This document shows, one piece after another, positions 25,246 to 39,493 of a stretch of 64,000 nt of DNA (position 1 is the first letter of the stretch; each line of letters begins with the position of its first letter). The DNA comes from Eledone cirrhosa (Eukaryota): assembly GCA_964016885.1 (NCBI GenBank), contig CAXHJY010000744.1, positions 62,001-126,000 of the forward strand, written 5' to 3'. Below the pieces are notes generated by a model that saw only the letters and a list, made by a program, of their open reading frames with translations, ran no database searches and was not told where the DNA came from. A program made the position numbers and the translations under genes.

Positions 25246-25549
25246 GCTGTCTATCGTGATAATCTACCAAGCTGTCTATCGTTCTATCTCTTCAAATATT
25301 GTCTTAGTAAACGTTATATATCATGACCAGTCTATACAAAAGTCAGATGTTCTTTTGTGCTATAATGTCTTTTAACTTCTATCAATGTTAGATTTATTGG
25401 AAACTTTCATGTTGATCGATCGAAACTTTAGATGTATATATTTCACAGACATTGCCTCTCTTTGCTTATCTACCTGTCTATATATCTACAAGTTCAACTC
25501 TGTCTACCTAACTATCCATTTCCATATTTCTCTCTCTTTCCCTCTATAT

Positions 25550-25637
<88 letters not shown>

Positions 25638-26014
25638 CTGTGTATATGACGGCGATAAATTTACAATACAACGGGAGGAAAAATAATAGTACCACTGATG
25701 ATGTCACAGGTGTGTGAACTTTGATAGACTATGTATATATATATATAAACGGAAAAAATGAAACGAAATTTCATTTCCCACTCTTAGTACGGCTGTTACT
25801 TAAATATAAGTATGTACACCTACATACATATATGTATACAGACGTACAGTAGTATGTATATATATATACATACATGCACACATATATATATATGTACGTA
25901 TGGATTCACCGAACATTTATTATAATGCTCGGTGTGTCTGTAAACAAACATCCCGTATTAAGCCGTAGTGTCTAGCAACCATCGTTGTTCATGTGTTCAA
26001 CACTGACAAAGGAA

Positions 26015-26055
26015 CGCTGTACTAGTTTCAAGTTTATTAGCTATCGTCAGCAACG
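26015..26055 (-). ncRNA. Minimal type I hammerhead ribozyme
   Basis: rc CGTTG CTGACGA TAGCTAATAAACTT GAAA C TA G T A CAGCG. One stem II mismatch relative to the 26490 copy. Confidence 0.75.
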
Positions 26056-26489
26056 TATACCTTCCTGCCAGATGGTTGAACGTCTGAAAGTAAATACTTT
26101 CCTTATGCATATTAACGGCTGAGCAGCCTAATTTGCATATCGAGTGAGTTAATCGGCCGGGGTACCGAAAACGATAAACGGAAAAAATGAAACGAAATTT
26201 CATTTCTCACTCTTAGTACGGCTGTTACTTAAATATAAGTATGTATACGTACATACATATATGTATACAGACGTACAGTAGTATGTATATACATATACAT
26301 ACATGCACACATATATATATGCACGTATGGATTCACCGAACATTTATTATATAGCTCGGTGTGTTTGTAAACAAACTTTCCGAATTAAGCCGTAGAGTGT
26401 CTAGCAACCATCGTTGCTCATTGGTTCAACACTGACAAAGGAACGCTGTACTAGTTTCAAGCTTATTAGCTATCTGGCAGGAAGGTATA

Positions 26490-26530
26490 CGTTGCTGACG
26501 ATAGCTAATAAGCTTGAAACTAGTACAGCG
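26490..26530 (+). ncRNA. Minimal type I hammerhead ribozyme
   Basis: Stem I CGTTG/CAGCG. Core CTGACGA (26495-26501). Stem II AGCT-AATA-AGCT closed by U.U. GAAA at 26516-26519, palindromic stem III ACTAGT, GUA cleavage site after 26525. Confidence 0.85.
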
Positions 26531-26734
26531 TTCCTTTGTCAGTGTTGAATAAATGAGCAACGATGGTTGCTAGACACTACGGCTTAATTCGGGATTTTTG
26601 TTTACAAACACACCGAGCATTATAATAAATATTCGGTGAATCCATACGTGCATATATATGTGTGCATCTATGTATATATATATACATACTACTGTACGTC
26701 TGTATACATATATGTATGTACGTATACATACTTA

Positions 26735-26839
<105 letters not shown>

Positions 26840-26857
26840 ATTGAAATAACAGATTAA

Positions 26858-26908
26858 AGTTTAAGCAAAGAATCGCTGCTTTCATCCTCAACGGGATCTT
26901 CTGAAACT
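26858..26908 (-). ncRNA. Hammerhead-like fold with a CAGAAGA core (family E)
   Basis: rc AGTTT CAGAAGA TCC-CGTTGA-GGA-T GAAA GCA-loop-TGC T T AAACT. A second copy lies at about 53250-53300. Confidence 0.45.
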
Positions 26909-27084
26909 CAGAATTTATCTTTATCGAGCCCACTTTGGATCTTAGTCTTCAAATTTATTATTATTACTATATATATATATATATATATATTGTTATACTT
27001 TGGGAGGGTCATGTTGCCAATAAGAAACACACGCACCAGATGCTTTCACTTCAATTTATTATAATAAATTTATAAATTTAGGAA

Positions 27085-28880
27085 TTAATAAATTTCTGGT
27101 TGGTTGGTTGGTTCCACAACCAGATAGTTGTTTATATATTGTCCAAGTTCTTTCGTCACACATTCTGTGACCTCTTCAGTGACTGGGGATTCTTTTCTTT
27201 GTTTTTGTGCCTCTCCTTTGTTCTGTCCTACGCCATTTTGTTTCTGTGTGTGTGTTGTGTGCTCAGTCTGCGCATGCGCCACATCCGGGTGTCTGTGTGT
27301 TTATATTCGTTTATTTATTTGTTTATTTACATGTCACTGGTTGGTTGTTTGTTCTATGTGCGTGTGTGTTTTCATTTTGTCCTTAATTGTAAGTTGTGAT
27401 GTTGCTGTTCCACTCATATTTTCTATTTAATTTTGGTTGTAATTCTTTTATGTTTATTGCCTCTGTGATTTGTCTAAACATTGCGTCTTTTCTGTGTGTA
27501 GATTCTATTTTTATTTCTATGTTCTCTAATTTACCCTTATGTTCTATTTTAACATGTTGGTAGAGTACAGATGATTCTTTACTATCTTGAAGGTCTCGCC
27601 AGTGTTCATTTATCCGTTCCCCTACACTACGAGCTGTCTCACCTATGTACACTATATTTTTGTCTCTACATTTTCCTTTAGTACATCTTATGCTATACAC
27701 TACATTTCTAGTTTTACAGTTAATATGGGGGCTTAATTTACAGGTTATACATTTCTTATCTATACAGGGGGGTCTTTGAAAAGGGTATGTCTTGCTAATA
27801 AGTGTTTTTACGGAGGTACCTGGTCTTTCTACTATCTTAATATTGAGTTTATGTTTATCTAGGGCCCTTCTAAATTTGTAAGCTAATTCACCTCTAGGGG
27901 TTGTATCGATGAACATTACACTCTGGTATTTATTGCTATCATACCATGAGTTTATTCTATTAGCCTTATTCCTAGTTCTTTCTATTCTATTCCAAAATTT
28001 GCTCCTATACAAGGGGCAGGTCCCATTTGTGTCATTATTTACCATTTTTTCCCATTTGGTTCTGCCTCCTCTATACACTCTGATTTTATCTCTCTGATTG
28101 TAACCAGAGAACTGCATACGGTGGATGAAGTGTTGTATGTGTCTCTCTAGTTCTTCGGGGTTGCACATGCGGGGTTGCACCCGTACCAAATCCGCCATCA
28201 GTATGTTGATTTTTGTATGGTCCAAACATCAGATGTTTGGAAGTCATGGGTTTGGCATAATGGGAATGGAGGATTTGTTTTTTTGTTATTAATGGTATCT
28301 AACCAGAGCTGTGTCTAGTACAGGTAATCGATGGTTGGGGTGTTTACTTGGGTAGTCTATAGTAACTCTAATACTCTGGTGGATGGAGTTAGCTATTTGC
28401 TGGATGCTTTCCATTGTGTTTTTCTCTAGTTCCTGACTGTTCTCTAGTGGGGTGTCTTAACTACGATGTTTATATCATCAACGTAGCGGGAGTACATTAT
28501 CAGGGTTAAGGGGTCTTCTAATTGTTCTTTAAGTTTAAGTTTAAGTCTACTGTCCCACCATACCATAAATAAGTTAGCTATGTCGCCTGCAATGCTAACA
28601 CCAATGGCTGCTCCTTCCTCTTGGGCATATGTTTTTCCATTAAATTTGAACATATGTTCCTTAAGGGTTAGTTTTATGCTGGCCCCTACCGCATGTGCAA
28701 TCATTTTCTTCAGTTCATCGTGGTTTTCGGGTGTCCGTATGGCTCTGGTCCACCCGTTCCATCTATCTGTGTGGGTTTTCTTGGCCATTGAGGTAATGGT
28801 AGGTGGTCTGCCTCTTGCTGGTCTTGTAGGGCACAGGTTGCTAAGGTCATATGTGTCTAGGTATATTATTATAATGGATG
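27085..28880 (-). mobile_element. Penelope-like element, 5'-truncated (RT, Cys-rich linker, GIY-YIG endonuclease, 3' pLTR)
   Basis: FKFNGKTYAQEEGAAIG...IANLFM...YSRYVDD (28444-28908), LPVLDT, then CIDKKCITC...NCKTRNVVYSIRC...YIGETARSVGERINEH...RQITEAINI..LQPKLN (27383-28225). The ORF is broken between these blocks. Confidence 0.95.
27141..27183 (-). ncRNA. Degenerate hammerhead in the PLE 3' repeat
   Basis: rc GTCA CTGAAGA GGTCAC-AGAATGT-GTGAC GAAA GAAC TT GGAC. The core is intact, stems I and III are imperfect, and it lies downstream of the GIY-YIG ORF as expected. Confidence 0.55.
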
Positions 28881-28969
28881 TCAACCCACTGTGGGTCAAT
28901 ATATACATATGTTTCTATATGTCTCTTGTGTTGAAAAGGAGGTCAAGTATGTAAAATATCACTGAATAA

Positions 28970-29018
28970 TTGCTCCGAAGACTCCAAACCTCGGTTTGGA
29001 AGAAACAATTGTAAGCAA
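28970..29018 (+). ncRNA. Type I hammerhead candidate with a CCGAAGA core
   Basis: TTGCT CCGAAGA C-TCCAAAC-CTCG-GTTTGGA-A GAAA C AATT G T A AGCAA. Palindromic stem III ACAATTGT and a GUA site. Confidence 0.65.
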
Positions 29019-29053
29019 ATAAATGATTTAAACAGAACTTTGATTCATGTAAT

Positions 29054-29097
<44 letters not shown>

Positions 29098-29561
29098 ACC
29101 ATGTGTTTGCTAGCAGCGCTTACTCGAGCGGAACAGAACGAAAAACTTGTTGACGAAGTAAACTCCATTGTTCTATCTTCAAAAACCATTAACTTGCAGA
29201 CCCCTGCAAGTGGATTTTGTTAATTTCGGATTTACAGAAACCTAGCGGAGATATTATGAATTACATGTGATGTATATTATATGGTATATATTATAGGTAT
29301 TATGTGTTATGTATGATGTCGAAGCGATGGTCCAGGTTAGTCAAATGTTTCCTTAGTTCAGTCTTTTTCGTGGCTATAGTCACTGCGGCCCTTCTATCTG
29401 TCGCTGTCTTCAATTTGCAAATCTGTCTAAACGTAATGTTATAACTCTAGGGTTATATACCCTATCGAGTGCTTAGCTGTACACCAAAATTGCATTCGTT
29501 AGCTTGGCTGCAACCATGGCTTCGTTGATGCTGTACTAAATTTTGTATATATATATATATA

Positions 29562-29627
<66 letters not shown>

Positions 29628-30000
29628 TTAATATATATATAACGTGATATATCACATGTGATATATTCTGCTCTGTAAGAGCATCGAGTGTTCAAACGGT
29701 CTACCGCATACGAACGCTTTAACCATCCCACACCAATTATATATATATATATATATATACAATATATATACAATATATATATATGGGATAACAAGTTATC
29801 GTTATAGGTAATTCAGTTAGAAGTTGTGAGTACTCTGTATTGTGGATAGTTTTAACGTACGGTTTTGTTTGACTCAACAAGATGTTTCCATAGTTAGGTA
29901 GCGAGTTCGCGAGAATTCTTATGCAGGTTATACTTGGAGTAATAATAGTGAAAGAATGAAGAATAACATGGTCGGCTGTACAACAAGGGGCTTTATTTCA

Positions 30001-30089
30001 AGTATTAACAATTGTTTCATTGATCAGGTGAAGTTGCGTTACTCGACCTTAAATACAGTGTTTACCTCTGATCAAATACTCAGAATACT
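30001..30089 (-). ncRNA. Degenerate type I hammerhead (G8 mutated)
   Basis: rc AGTATT CTGAGTA T-TTGATCAG...CTGATCAA-T GAAA C AATT G T T AATACT. Confidence 0.55.
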
Positions 30090-30299
30090 AGAGAACTCAC
30101 ATATGGCAATGGTATATGTAGAGATACAGCGTAGAATCAAAACAATAACATCAATAATAAAATATTATTCAATGTAAAATGTAATGCATGAAAAATTGGA
30201 AAATATTATTTTTTGTAATATATCAAATCAAAATGACATTATTAAATCTTATTCTTATTTTGTTTCTTGTAAATAATTTTTTTTCATAATATCAATTCA

Positions 30300-30632
30300 A
30301 AACTTTTGTGAATAGGCATCATATCTTGTTTAACCCCCATTAGGGTGTTTTATTATTATTGAAATTTGCTGAAATTTTATGAATAGGCATCATATCTTGT
30401 CATTCACCTATGGTTTAAATTTCATATAAATCGAAGGGAAAAAAGTTTCTGCGGGGGTTTTGTGCCTCCGGGGATCCCTTTGATGAAAATGAAATATACT
30501 TATCCAAGTACCCTGGGCAATGTAGTTTCAGAATATATATGGTTATGGGGGTCTATCTCCAAAACCATAGGAGTAGTTCGTGAACAAACAAACAAACAAA
30601 TAGACAGGAATAAAACTTTATATATATATATA
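30300..30632 (-). mobile_element. Possible non-autonomous Helitron-like fragment
   Basis: The reverse complement begins (TA)nAAAG...CTGTCT.(TTTG)n TTCACG, an arrangement recalled from Lep1-like Helitron 5' ends. No 3' hairpin or CTAG end was identified. Confidence 0.3.
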
Positions 30633-30965
30633 TTTCAGGATAGAACTAGTTTGGAACTAGCAGTTGAATCGGCAAGAGCTCAGCCGTGGGGTCCCGACTC
30701 TTTATAATATATATATATATTAATGTGGTATATCTATTCTTGTATCTACCCTGTTTATATACTACCAATAAAGATTCTAACTTCAGTTTTTCCGAAGAAG
30801 ACAGTCTGATCGAACCTGTAAATGAAGTCTGATAGTATACAGTTATATAACTGTTATAGATCAGTCAATATGATCAACCCCCCAAAATGATCATAAAACA
30901 ATGATATGAATAGGTAAAATAATTTGACTTTGTTGTTATTATTTTCATTGTTAAATTAATATCTA

Positions 30966-31016
<51 letters not shown>

Positions 31017-31159
31017 TATATGTATGTATATATATATATGTATGTATATATATATATATGTATGTATATATATATGTATGTATATATATATATGTATGTA
31101 TATATATATATATGTATGTATATATATATATATGTATGTATATATATATATATACATAC

Positions 31160-31198
<39 letters not shown>

Positions 31199-31368
31199 TA
31201 TATGTATATATATGTATATATATATATATATATATGTATGTATATATATATATATGTATATATATGTATATATATATATATATATGTATGTATATATATA
31301 TATATTTATGTATGTATATATATATGTATATATATATATATATATGTATGTATATATATATATATATG

Positions 31369-31451
<83 letters not shown>
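30966..31451. repeat. (TA)n/(TATG)n array
   Basis: Seen directly in the sequence. Confidence 0.99.
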
Positions 31452-31452
<1 letters not shown>

Positions 31453-33742
31453 AAAAACTTTGAACTTTGAATAACTTTGAAATGTTTTGGCCAGTATTGG
31501 CCCAGGCCATGTCTAACTTAATAGCACCACCTGGCGAAGACTTTCAATTCAGGATTTGGGCACCATGGCCCATTCGAGAAGAGAATTACTGTTTGCGGAG
31601 ACATATCTGGGTGTGGGTGGTTTGTCCGGGATTACTTGGAGGAATTTGTCCAAAGACTTCTTGAATTTTGTGTGGTCAGTTTCTGTTTTGACGTGTCCTG
31701 GTGTGATGTTGAAGAGAGCAGGGCCAATTGAGGTGAAATAATTGTGCCGTATTGTTGTTATGAGTTGCGATTTAGATTTTTGTATGGGACGGATAGCACG
31801 GGGCCCAAGCCTTGGGTGTATCTTGAAGGCGATGCCAACATCATTTGGGCAGTGATGATGGAACATTTTCCACATCATGCAGATAATATAACGCTCACGG
31901 CGACGTTGGAGTGAGTAAAGTTTCAGCTTTTCTAGTCGACCCCAGTAGTCAAGGTCTGACATGCCATCTATCTTTTTCGTGATTGCCCTTTGAGGAGCTT
32001 CAAGTTTCATGATACTTTGTTTCGTGTGGGGAGACCACAGTGGACAACAGTATTCAAGGTGTGGTCGGGCAAAAGTAGAGAAGAGAAGGATAATGGTGTG
32101 GGAATCTCTTGACTGGAAGGTTCTGAGGATCCAGGAACACATTCTGCGGGCCATGTCAACTTTGCTGCTTATATGCGTGGCCCAGCTTATGTTGCTGTCC
32201 ACGGTTACTCCCAAGTCTCTGATGTTGTTAGATGCCACGAGAGTTTCCCCGGAGGGAAGGGAGTACGGGAGTTTCAGAGCATCCTCTTTTCCAAAGTGGA
32301 TCAGTTCGAATTTGTCTTCGTTCAGTAACATGTTGTTCTTTTCCGCCCATTGGGTAACAGCCAGTAGGTCTGACTGAAGGCTTATCCGGTCATCCACGCC
32401 ATTGATGACCTTTTGGAGCTTGGAATCATCAGCGAAAATTTTAATATTGCTGTGTTTGATGATGTCAGTGATGTCATTAATATAGATGATGAAGAGAAGT
32501 GGGCCCAACACAGTGCCTTGTGGGACCCCACTACTGACTTTGGCTGGGCTGGATTTGACTCCTTCAACTACAACATGTTGGGTTCTGTTTGACAGGAAGC
32601 TCTTGATCCACTGCAGCAGCTTTCCAGTGACACCAATATTGGACAGTTTTCTCAGTAGAATGTTATGATCAACCCTGTCAAAGGCCTTGCTGAAATCAAG
32701 GTAGATAACATCAGTGTTGGAACCCTCTCCCAAGGCTCTCAAAATGTCATCAAAGTGATGCAGTAGATGCGTCAGGCAATCCCTTCCATTACGGAATCCA
32801 TGCTGGTTGGAGTTCAGCATATTGTTACTCTCAAAGAAGTGGGTCATTCGCGATCTCACCACTCTCTCAAATACCTTAATGATATGAGAGGTGAGTTAGA
32901 TTGGACGGTAATTCACGGCAAGGGATTTGTTTCCTTTTTTGAAAACTGGGACAACAGACTGGGATAGAAGGTTTTCTGGCACATATCCAGCATCCAGTGA
33001 GTTCCGCCACAGATTGGCAAGAGGAGATGCAAGTTGGTGTTGACACACCTTCAAGACACAAGCAGGGAACCTATCGGGACCTACTGCTGAATTATGCTTG
33101 ATTTCCTTTATTGCCACTAAGACATCAGGGGCGCCAAACGTTATGTCCGATAAGGTGTAATGGGGAGTAACATCGCCGATACAGCCCAGATCGGCCATAT
33201 CAGGATTGCTGAAAACAGAGCAGTATTGTTTCTGCAGTATCTCACCCATGGTTTTAGCATTGTCTTGAAGAGTGCCATTTTCATCAATTAGAGGGCCAAC
33301 AGTAGAGCCAGTGATTTTGTGTTTTTTTGCAAATGAAAAGAACACTTTGGGATTGAGTTTGATCTTCTCAATGGCCCAGGCCTCTTCAGCTCTTCTCTGA
33401 TTGTTGATGAGAGACATTATGTTGTTTTGGAGGTTATGTTTTTTAATATCTAGTGATGAAATGGCAGTCAAGTTGATGTGTTGCTGCTGACAGTATTTCA
33501 GCTTGTTGATTTTTTTGTTCGTTCTCTTAATTTTTCTGATGAGCGTTTTTCTATTTCTAGGGATTCTGCTCTTAGATTTGTTTATAGTTCTTAATGGGGT
33601 GTGTTTTGCACATATGTTTGTAACAGTGTCCACAAATGTCTGCCAGGACTTTTTGATGTTAGTGGGTGTATGAGTGTGCGTGAAGGACCAGTCGACATGT
33701 GCAAGATCATGACTGATCGCTTCCCAGTTTGCATTGTGGAAA
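31452..33742 (-). mobile_element. CR1-group LINE, 5'-truncated ORF2 with one in-frame stop
   Basis: [25 protein letters not shown] (TAA at 32896-32898; the same frame continues), QHGFRNGRDC, YLDFSKAFDRVDH, SGVPQGTVLGPLLF, FADD, RDLGV, RPHLEYC and LYSLQRRRERY. The 3' tail is three TTCAAAG(T) repeats. Confidence 0.96.
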
Positions 33743-35155
<1,413 letters not shown>

Positions 35156-35773
35156 CCACGTGTATTTACAAGCATATATTGTGTATGTGTACACGCCTGT
35201 GTATATAAAAGTTGGGAATTAACATACATTTGTTTACAAATGTTAGAAATTGGACATTAATATCATTTTCGCAGGATAATTGTTTTCGAGAAAAGTTTAG
35301 AAAACAGATTTGCGATAGTTTAGTGGTGAGTAAACAATGAACGCATGATATTATCAAACTAAATATTCCATTGTTGACTCTACACCTTGTCTGATTATAT
35401 AATTTGAAATGAATATAATTCTAAGCACTTGGAATACACTGTGGTAACATTGGTAATATTTGAACAAGTTTGTAACTTTCTCCAAGACCATTCTAATATT
35501 GTTTGTGCCTTTTCTCCTAGCAGCTTCGCCTTCTAATTTATTTTCAAGCATCACTTACTGTACAGTATTCACGGTAATGACATCGCTTAACTAAGCAATA
35601 GTAGCTAAGTAATAATACATTGGGGATAATAATAGCATAAAAATGTAATTTCCTTACAGAAATCCCATCTACACAATTCGAACTCATGATATACCCATGT
35701 ACACCATGTATAACTAACTAATGCACATAAAATCACATCAAAGCAACGTATAATATATCAAAAATATATCTTA

Positions 35774-36069
35774 CGAGGGTCGTAATAATAAACTCCCAAC
35801 CGTCTTCATGAGAAAATAACGTATCTTTATCAAAACACTATTAACAAATCATGTATACGAAAATCCGACGAGCGCACATTACACGTCTGTATTCCAGCCA
35901 TATCAACCGGGAGCTGACGCAGCCTACCGGCGCGAAAATTTTCACACATCCACAGAAAGGATGGCGTCATCTCTCACTCAAAGGATTTTGCCCACATGGC
36001 GGTAGTTTTTTTTTTTGGGGGGGGGGGGGGGGGGGAGAATAAAGCCGGATACTTTTTGAACGCACCTCG
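35774..36069. mobile_element. Mariner-derived MITE or internally deleted element
   Basis: TA-CGAGGGTCGTAATAA ... TTTTTGAACGCACCTCG-TA: imperfect mariner-like TIRs with a TA duplication. Confidence 0.65.
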
Positions 36070-36684
36070 TAGATAAGCATGACAAGCCAGCTGAAAATGT
36101 TGGAGTCCTGCATAGACTTCAATGGATTGGCCTCTTAGTCGCTGAAAAAAAACAGGAATAAGCACAGGCTTGATGGACATCCGATATTGGGATAGACTTC
36201 AACCTTTTTTTTAATAGAGAGCAGCAGAAGGCATTGAACTCAATGCTTTACGATGACTGCAAAGAGAACCTCTTTACCACACAGCCATCTATGCATCCAA
36301 GTTAAAGTGTTTCCCCTCCCTGATAGTTCCTGTGCGATATAAAATGCAGTAGGATGGACTAGTCCACGGCGTCACGTAGTGGATCGAAACCAAGGCCTTA
36401 TAACTGTAAAACGAGTCTCTTTACCCCACAGCCAGTCCAACATGCAAGTTTCCACGTATCAATGTCTTGAGATATTTTGTTGCAGTATATGATGGACTGT
36501 TATGTGGTTGTTTACTTTTCTTTGTGTAGCCCACACGAATCTGATTGATGCCACATTCTTTATCATTTATTTCACGTATTTAGTTTCTAAGATTTATTAC
36601 TGGGGAAATAAATGATGGAGCTGATTTTCCTGCGATCCAAGTTCTAGTGTACGAACATGTTTTATCTAAAACATTAAACACATC

Positions 36685-37140
36685 AGTGAAAGCGTGGTGG
36701 AGAGATGTTTCCTTTAGCAAGAAACTTTATTTCAAGTTATATCAGTTCATTCAGCTAATAAAAATTAGTTGTACATGTAATCCAGAGGACCTGTCTTGTC
36801 GCACACACACTTACGCTGAATCTCCCTGAGGGTGCATGTATATCAGTTCATTCAGCTGATAAAAATGAGTCGTACCTGTAATTCAGAAGGCATGCCTTGT
36901 CACACACATACCGTCGCGCTGAATCTCCCTGAGGGTTCCTGTGTATCAGTTCATTCAGCTGACAAAAATGAGTCGTACCTGTAATTCAGAGGGCCAGTTA
37001 TGCCATACGCACCGTCACGCTGAATCTCCCTGAGGGGTACTAGTATGTGTGGAATGGCTCAACCACTTGTACGTTAATTTCACGAGCAGGCTGCTCTGTT
37101 GATCAAACAAATGGAACACTCATCGTAGATACCGACGGAT
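36685..37140 (+). mobile_element. SINE family B with an internally triplicated segment of about 100 bp
   Basis: TATCAGTTCATTCAGCT...GCTGAATCTCCCTGAGGG occurs at about 36739, 36841 and 36944, followed by the normal 3' end ACCGACGGA. Confidence 0.85.
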
Positions 37141-37966
37141 ATCCCCTCAAACACTTCATCCTGTGTGGAGTTTTACTTAACCGTGATTCCCTCGAGCGAT
37201 TTTGACTTTTGTTTTTTACAATTTTAAGATTCCACTAGATTTCCTTGCATGTACCATTAATTCTTTCCTCATTCATTATCATCTCATTTAACCATCTCGA
37301 AAATTCAGAGTTTGCCCTTCCCTTGTGTTAAACATTGCAGCATTTGCTTGCCTTCTTCTTCTTCACTATGCGTTCTTTCTTTCCTCCCCCCTTTTTTTCT
37401 TCTTCTTCATTTTGAGCTTCCTCTTCTCAAACACAACTTCGTTGTAATTGCTCCAACGTAGTGGCAGATCTGTTTTGAATTAAGATATTTTATCTACATA
37501 TATTATTGGGTTAATTATTTCACATCAGAAGTTTGCTTCAGCGAGAAAACTACTTTAAAATATAAAACAACAGTGTAGATTTTTAAAAAGTAGCAAAAAA
37601 AAATTAATTTAAAAAATATAAATAAAAAAATAAAAAAAATAAATTTAAAAAAAAAATATATATATATAGATTATTTTAGATATGCTAACTATCACTGTTT
37701 TAATATCATTTTGCATTATGCATATTATAAGGATTCTTTGTCCAACGGCTAGGCTTAAATCGTTTCGATAGCAAATGAGAAATAGATTTAATTGACTTAA
37801 TTTAAGTCTATCTCTGCAGGAGCAAAGCTATATGCTGATTAACAGACGTTGGGAAAGTGGAGAGGAAATAACGCAATGAAAGTACAAACAAAAGAAAATA
37901 TCAAAAGATCAAAATCAAAGACATGACAAGAATGAAATGGAATTGAAACAGTCACTAAAGTCATTG

Positions 37967-38179
37967 AATAATGGTTGCTCAGTCAGGCACAAGGCCAGCA
38001 ATTTGAGGGGAGAGGAAAGTTGATTAAATCCACCCCAGTGCATTACTGGCACTTTTATTTTATCGACCCCGTAAGGATGAAAGGCAAAGCTAACCTCGAC
38101 GGGATTTGAACTCAGAACATAAAGGACCATAACTCTATGCTGCAAAGCATGGTGTTTGACGCTCTACTGATACAGCCAA
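37967..38179 (-). mobile_element. SINE family A (long variant)
   Basis: Matches the other family A copies from head to tail. Confidence 0.9.
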
Positions 38180-38661
38180 ATGTGGTTTAATCATCTAGAT
38201 ATTTGTTATAGAAAAATTATTTTTATGGGATGGGCTTGGCTAGTGTTTATTTCTGTGTTCACTTATCTTGATTAGTTTTCGTGGCTCTGGTGTTTTGTCA
38301 ATGTAGATCTGTCTCCGACTATCTGGACGTTGTTTCTCCGTGTGTTCAGGATATTTGTGACAATATGTATCAAAGGCAATCGGTAACAACAAGGAAGCCA
38401 CTGCCTGATCACTCAACCTGCAGGAAATAATAACCAACTCTTCCTCAATATCACATTATAACGTCTTGAACACAGGAGGAAAAAGTAAAGAGGAGAGAAT
38501 AGGGTGAAAGAGGTGTATGGAACTAGAAAAAAGGGTGTGGAAAGGTGTTCTGACAAAATGGCAACACCAGAGATAGTCAGTTGTAGAAATCTTCAATCGA
38601 GCTACATACAAATTTTGTGATGTAACGGACGTGAGAATAAGTACTCCATACCGAAGTTGAG

Positions 38662-38882
38662 TTACTCTTTAAACCGGCCATATCCGGCTAGAATTATCTC
38701 ATATCTTTCTGTTCAAACCGGCTCGAACCAGCCACTCGTACTTATGTTAAGATATTGTTCTCAAAATGAATATTATCAAAATCTCGTAGATTCGATGTTA
38801 TATGAGATAATTATGTGAGGTAAAGCCTTTACTGTGAAAATACAATAGTAAATATAGAGTAATGTAAATGCTAAAGGGTTAA
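38662..38882. mobile_element. piggyBac-like MITE remnant
   Basis: The right end is AAATGCTAAAGGG-TTAA (rc TTAA-CCCTTTAGCATTT). The left end is decayed: TTACTCTTTAAACCGGCC. Confidence 0.5.
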
Positions 38883-39493
38883 ATGGTGTTTACTATGGTT
38901 ATAAGATGAGTCTTGTTTACTCTGGAGTGTTACCTGTGTACTTGCAGAATAATCAGACAAGACTGAATATTCAATGACAGAGACAGTATAAATAGGGGAA
39001 GACCTGGAGTGGAGGAGTGAGATTGGTTAGTGTTTGTGAATGGGTTTGAGATGTGTGGAGGGTGAATTTTAGGGAAGATGAGGACGGTAATAGAGATATG
39101 AGAAAGAAGAATACAAAGAAAATCGAGAGGGTGGGGTGGAAGAAAAGAAAAAAAAAGGAAAAGGAAAAGAAAACGAGTAAAGGAAAAATAAAGAAAAACA
39201 AGGAAAGAAAAAGAAAAAAAAAAAGAAAAAGAATGGGGTAAAAAAAGTAAGGAAAAAAAGGAGGAAACTAAAATAAAGATGTAGAAGGGGAGTGCTGACA
39301 AAAAGGCAGCACCAGAGATAGTGAGCTGTAGAAGCTTCTAGAGAATTGAAGATATTTATAAAAGATGATGATAATGAGAGGGAATAGAGGATAAAAATAA
39401 ATAAAATAGAACGGCTTTGTAATAAACGGTTAATATTTGCTGAACAAGAAAAAATAATGAAATATTTCATATGTAAATATACTTTAGTTGTTG

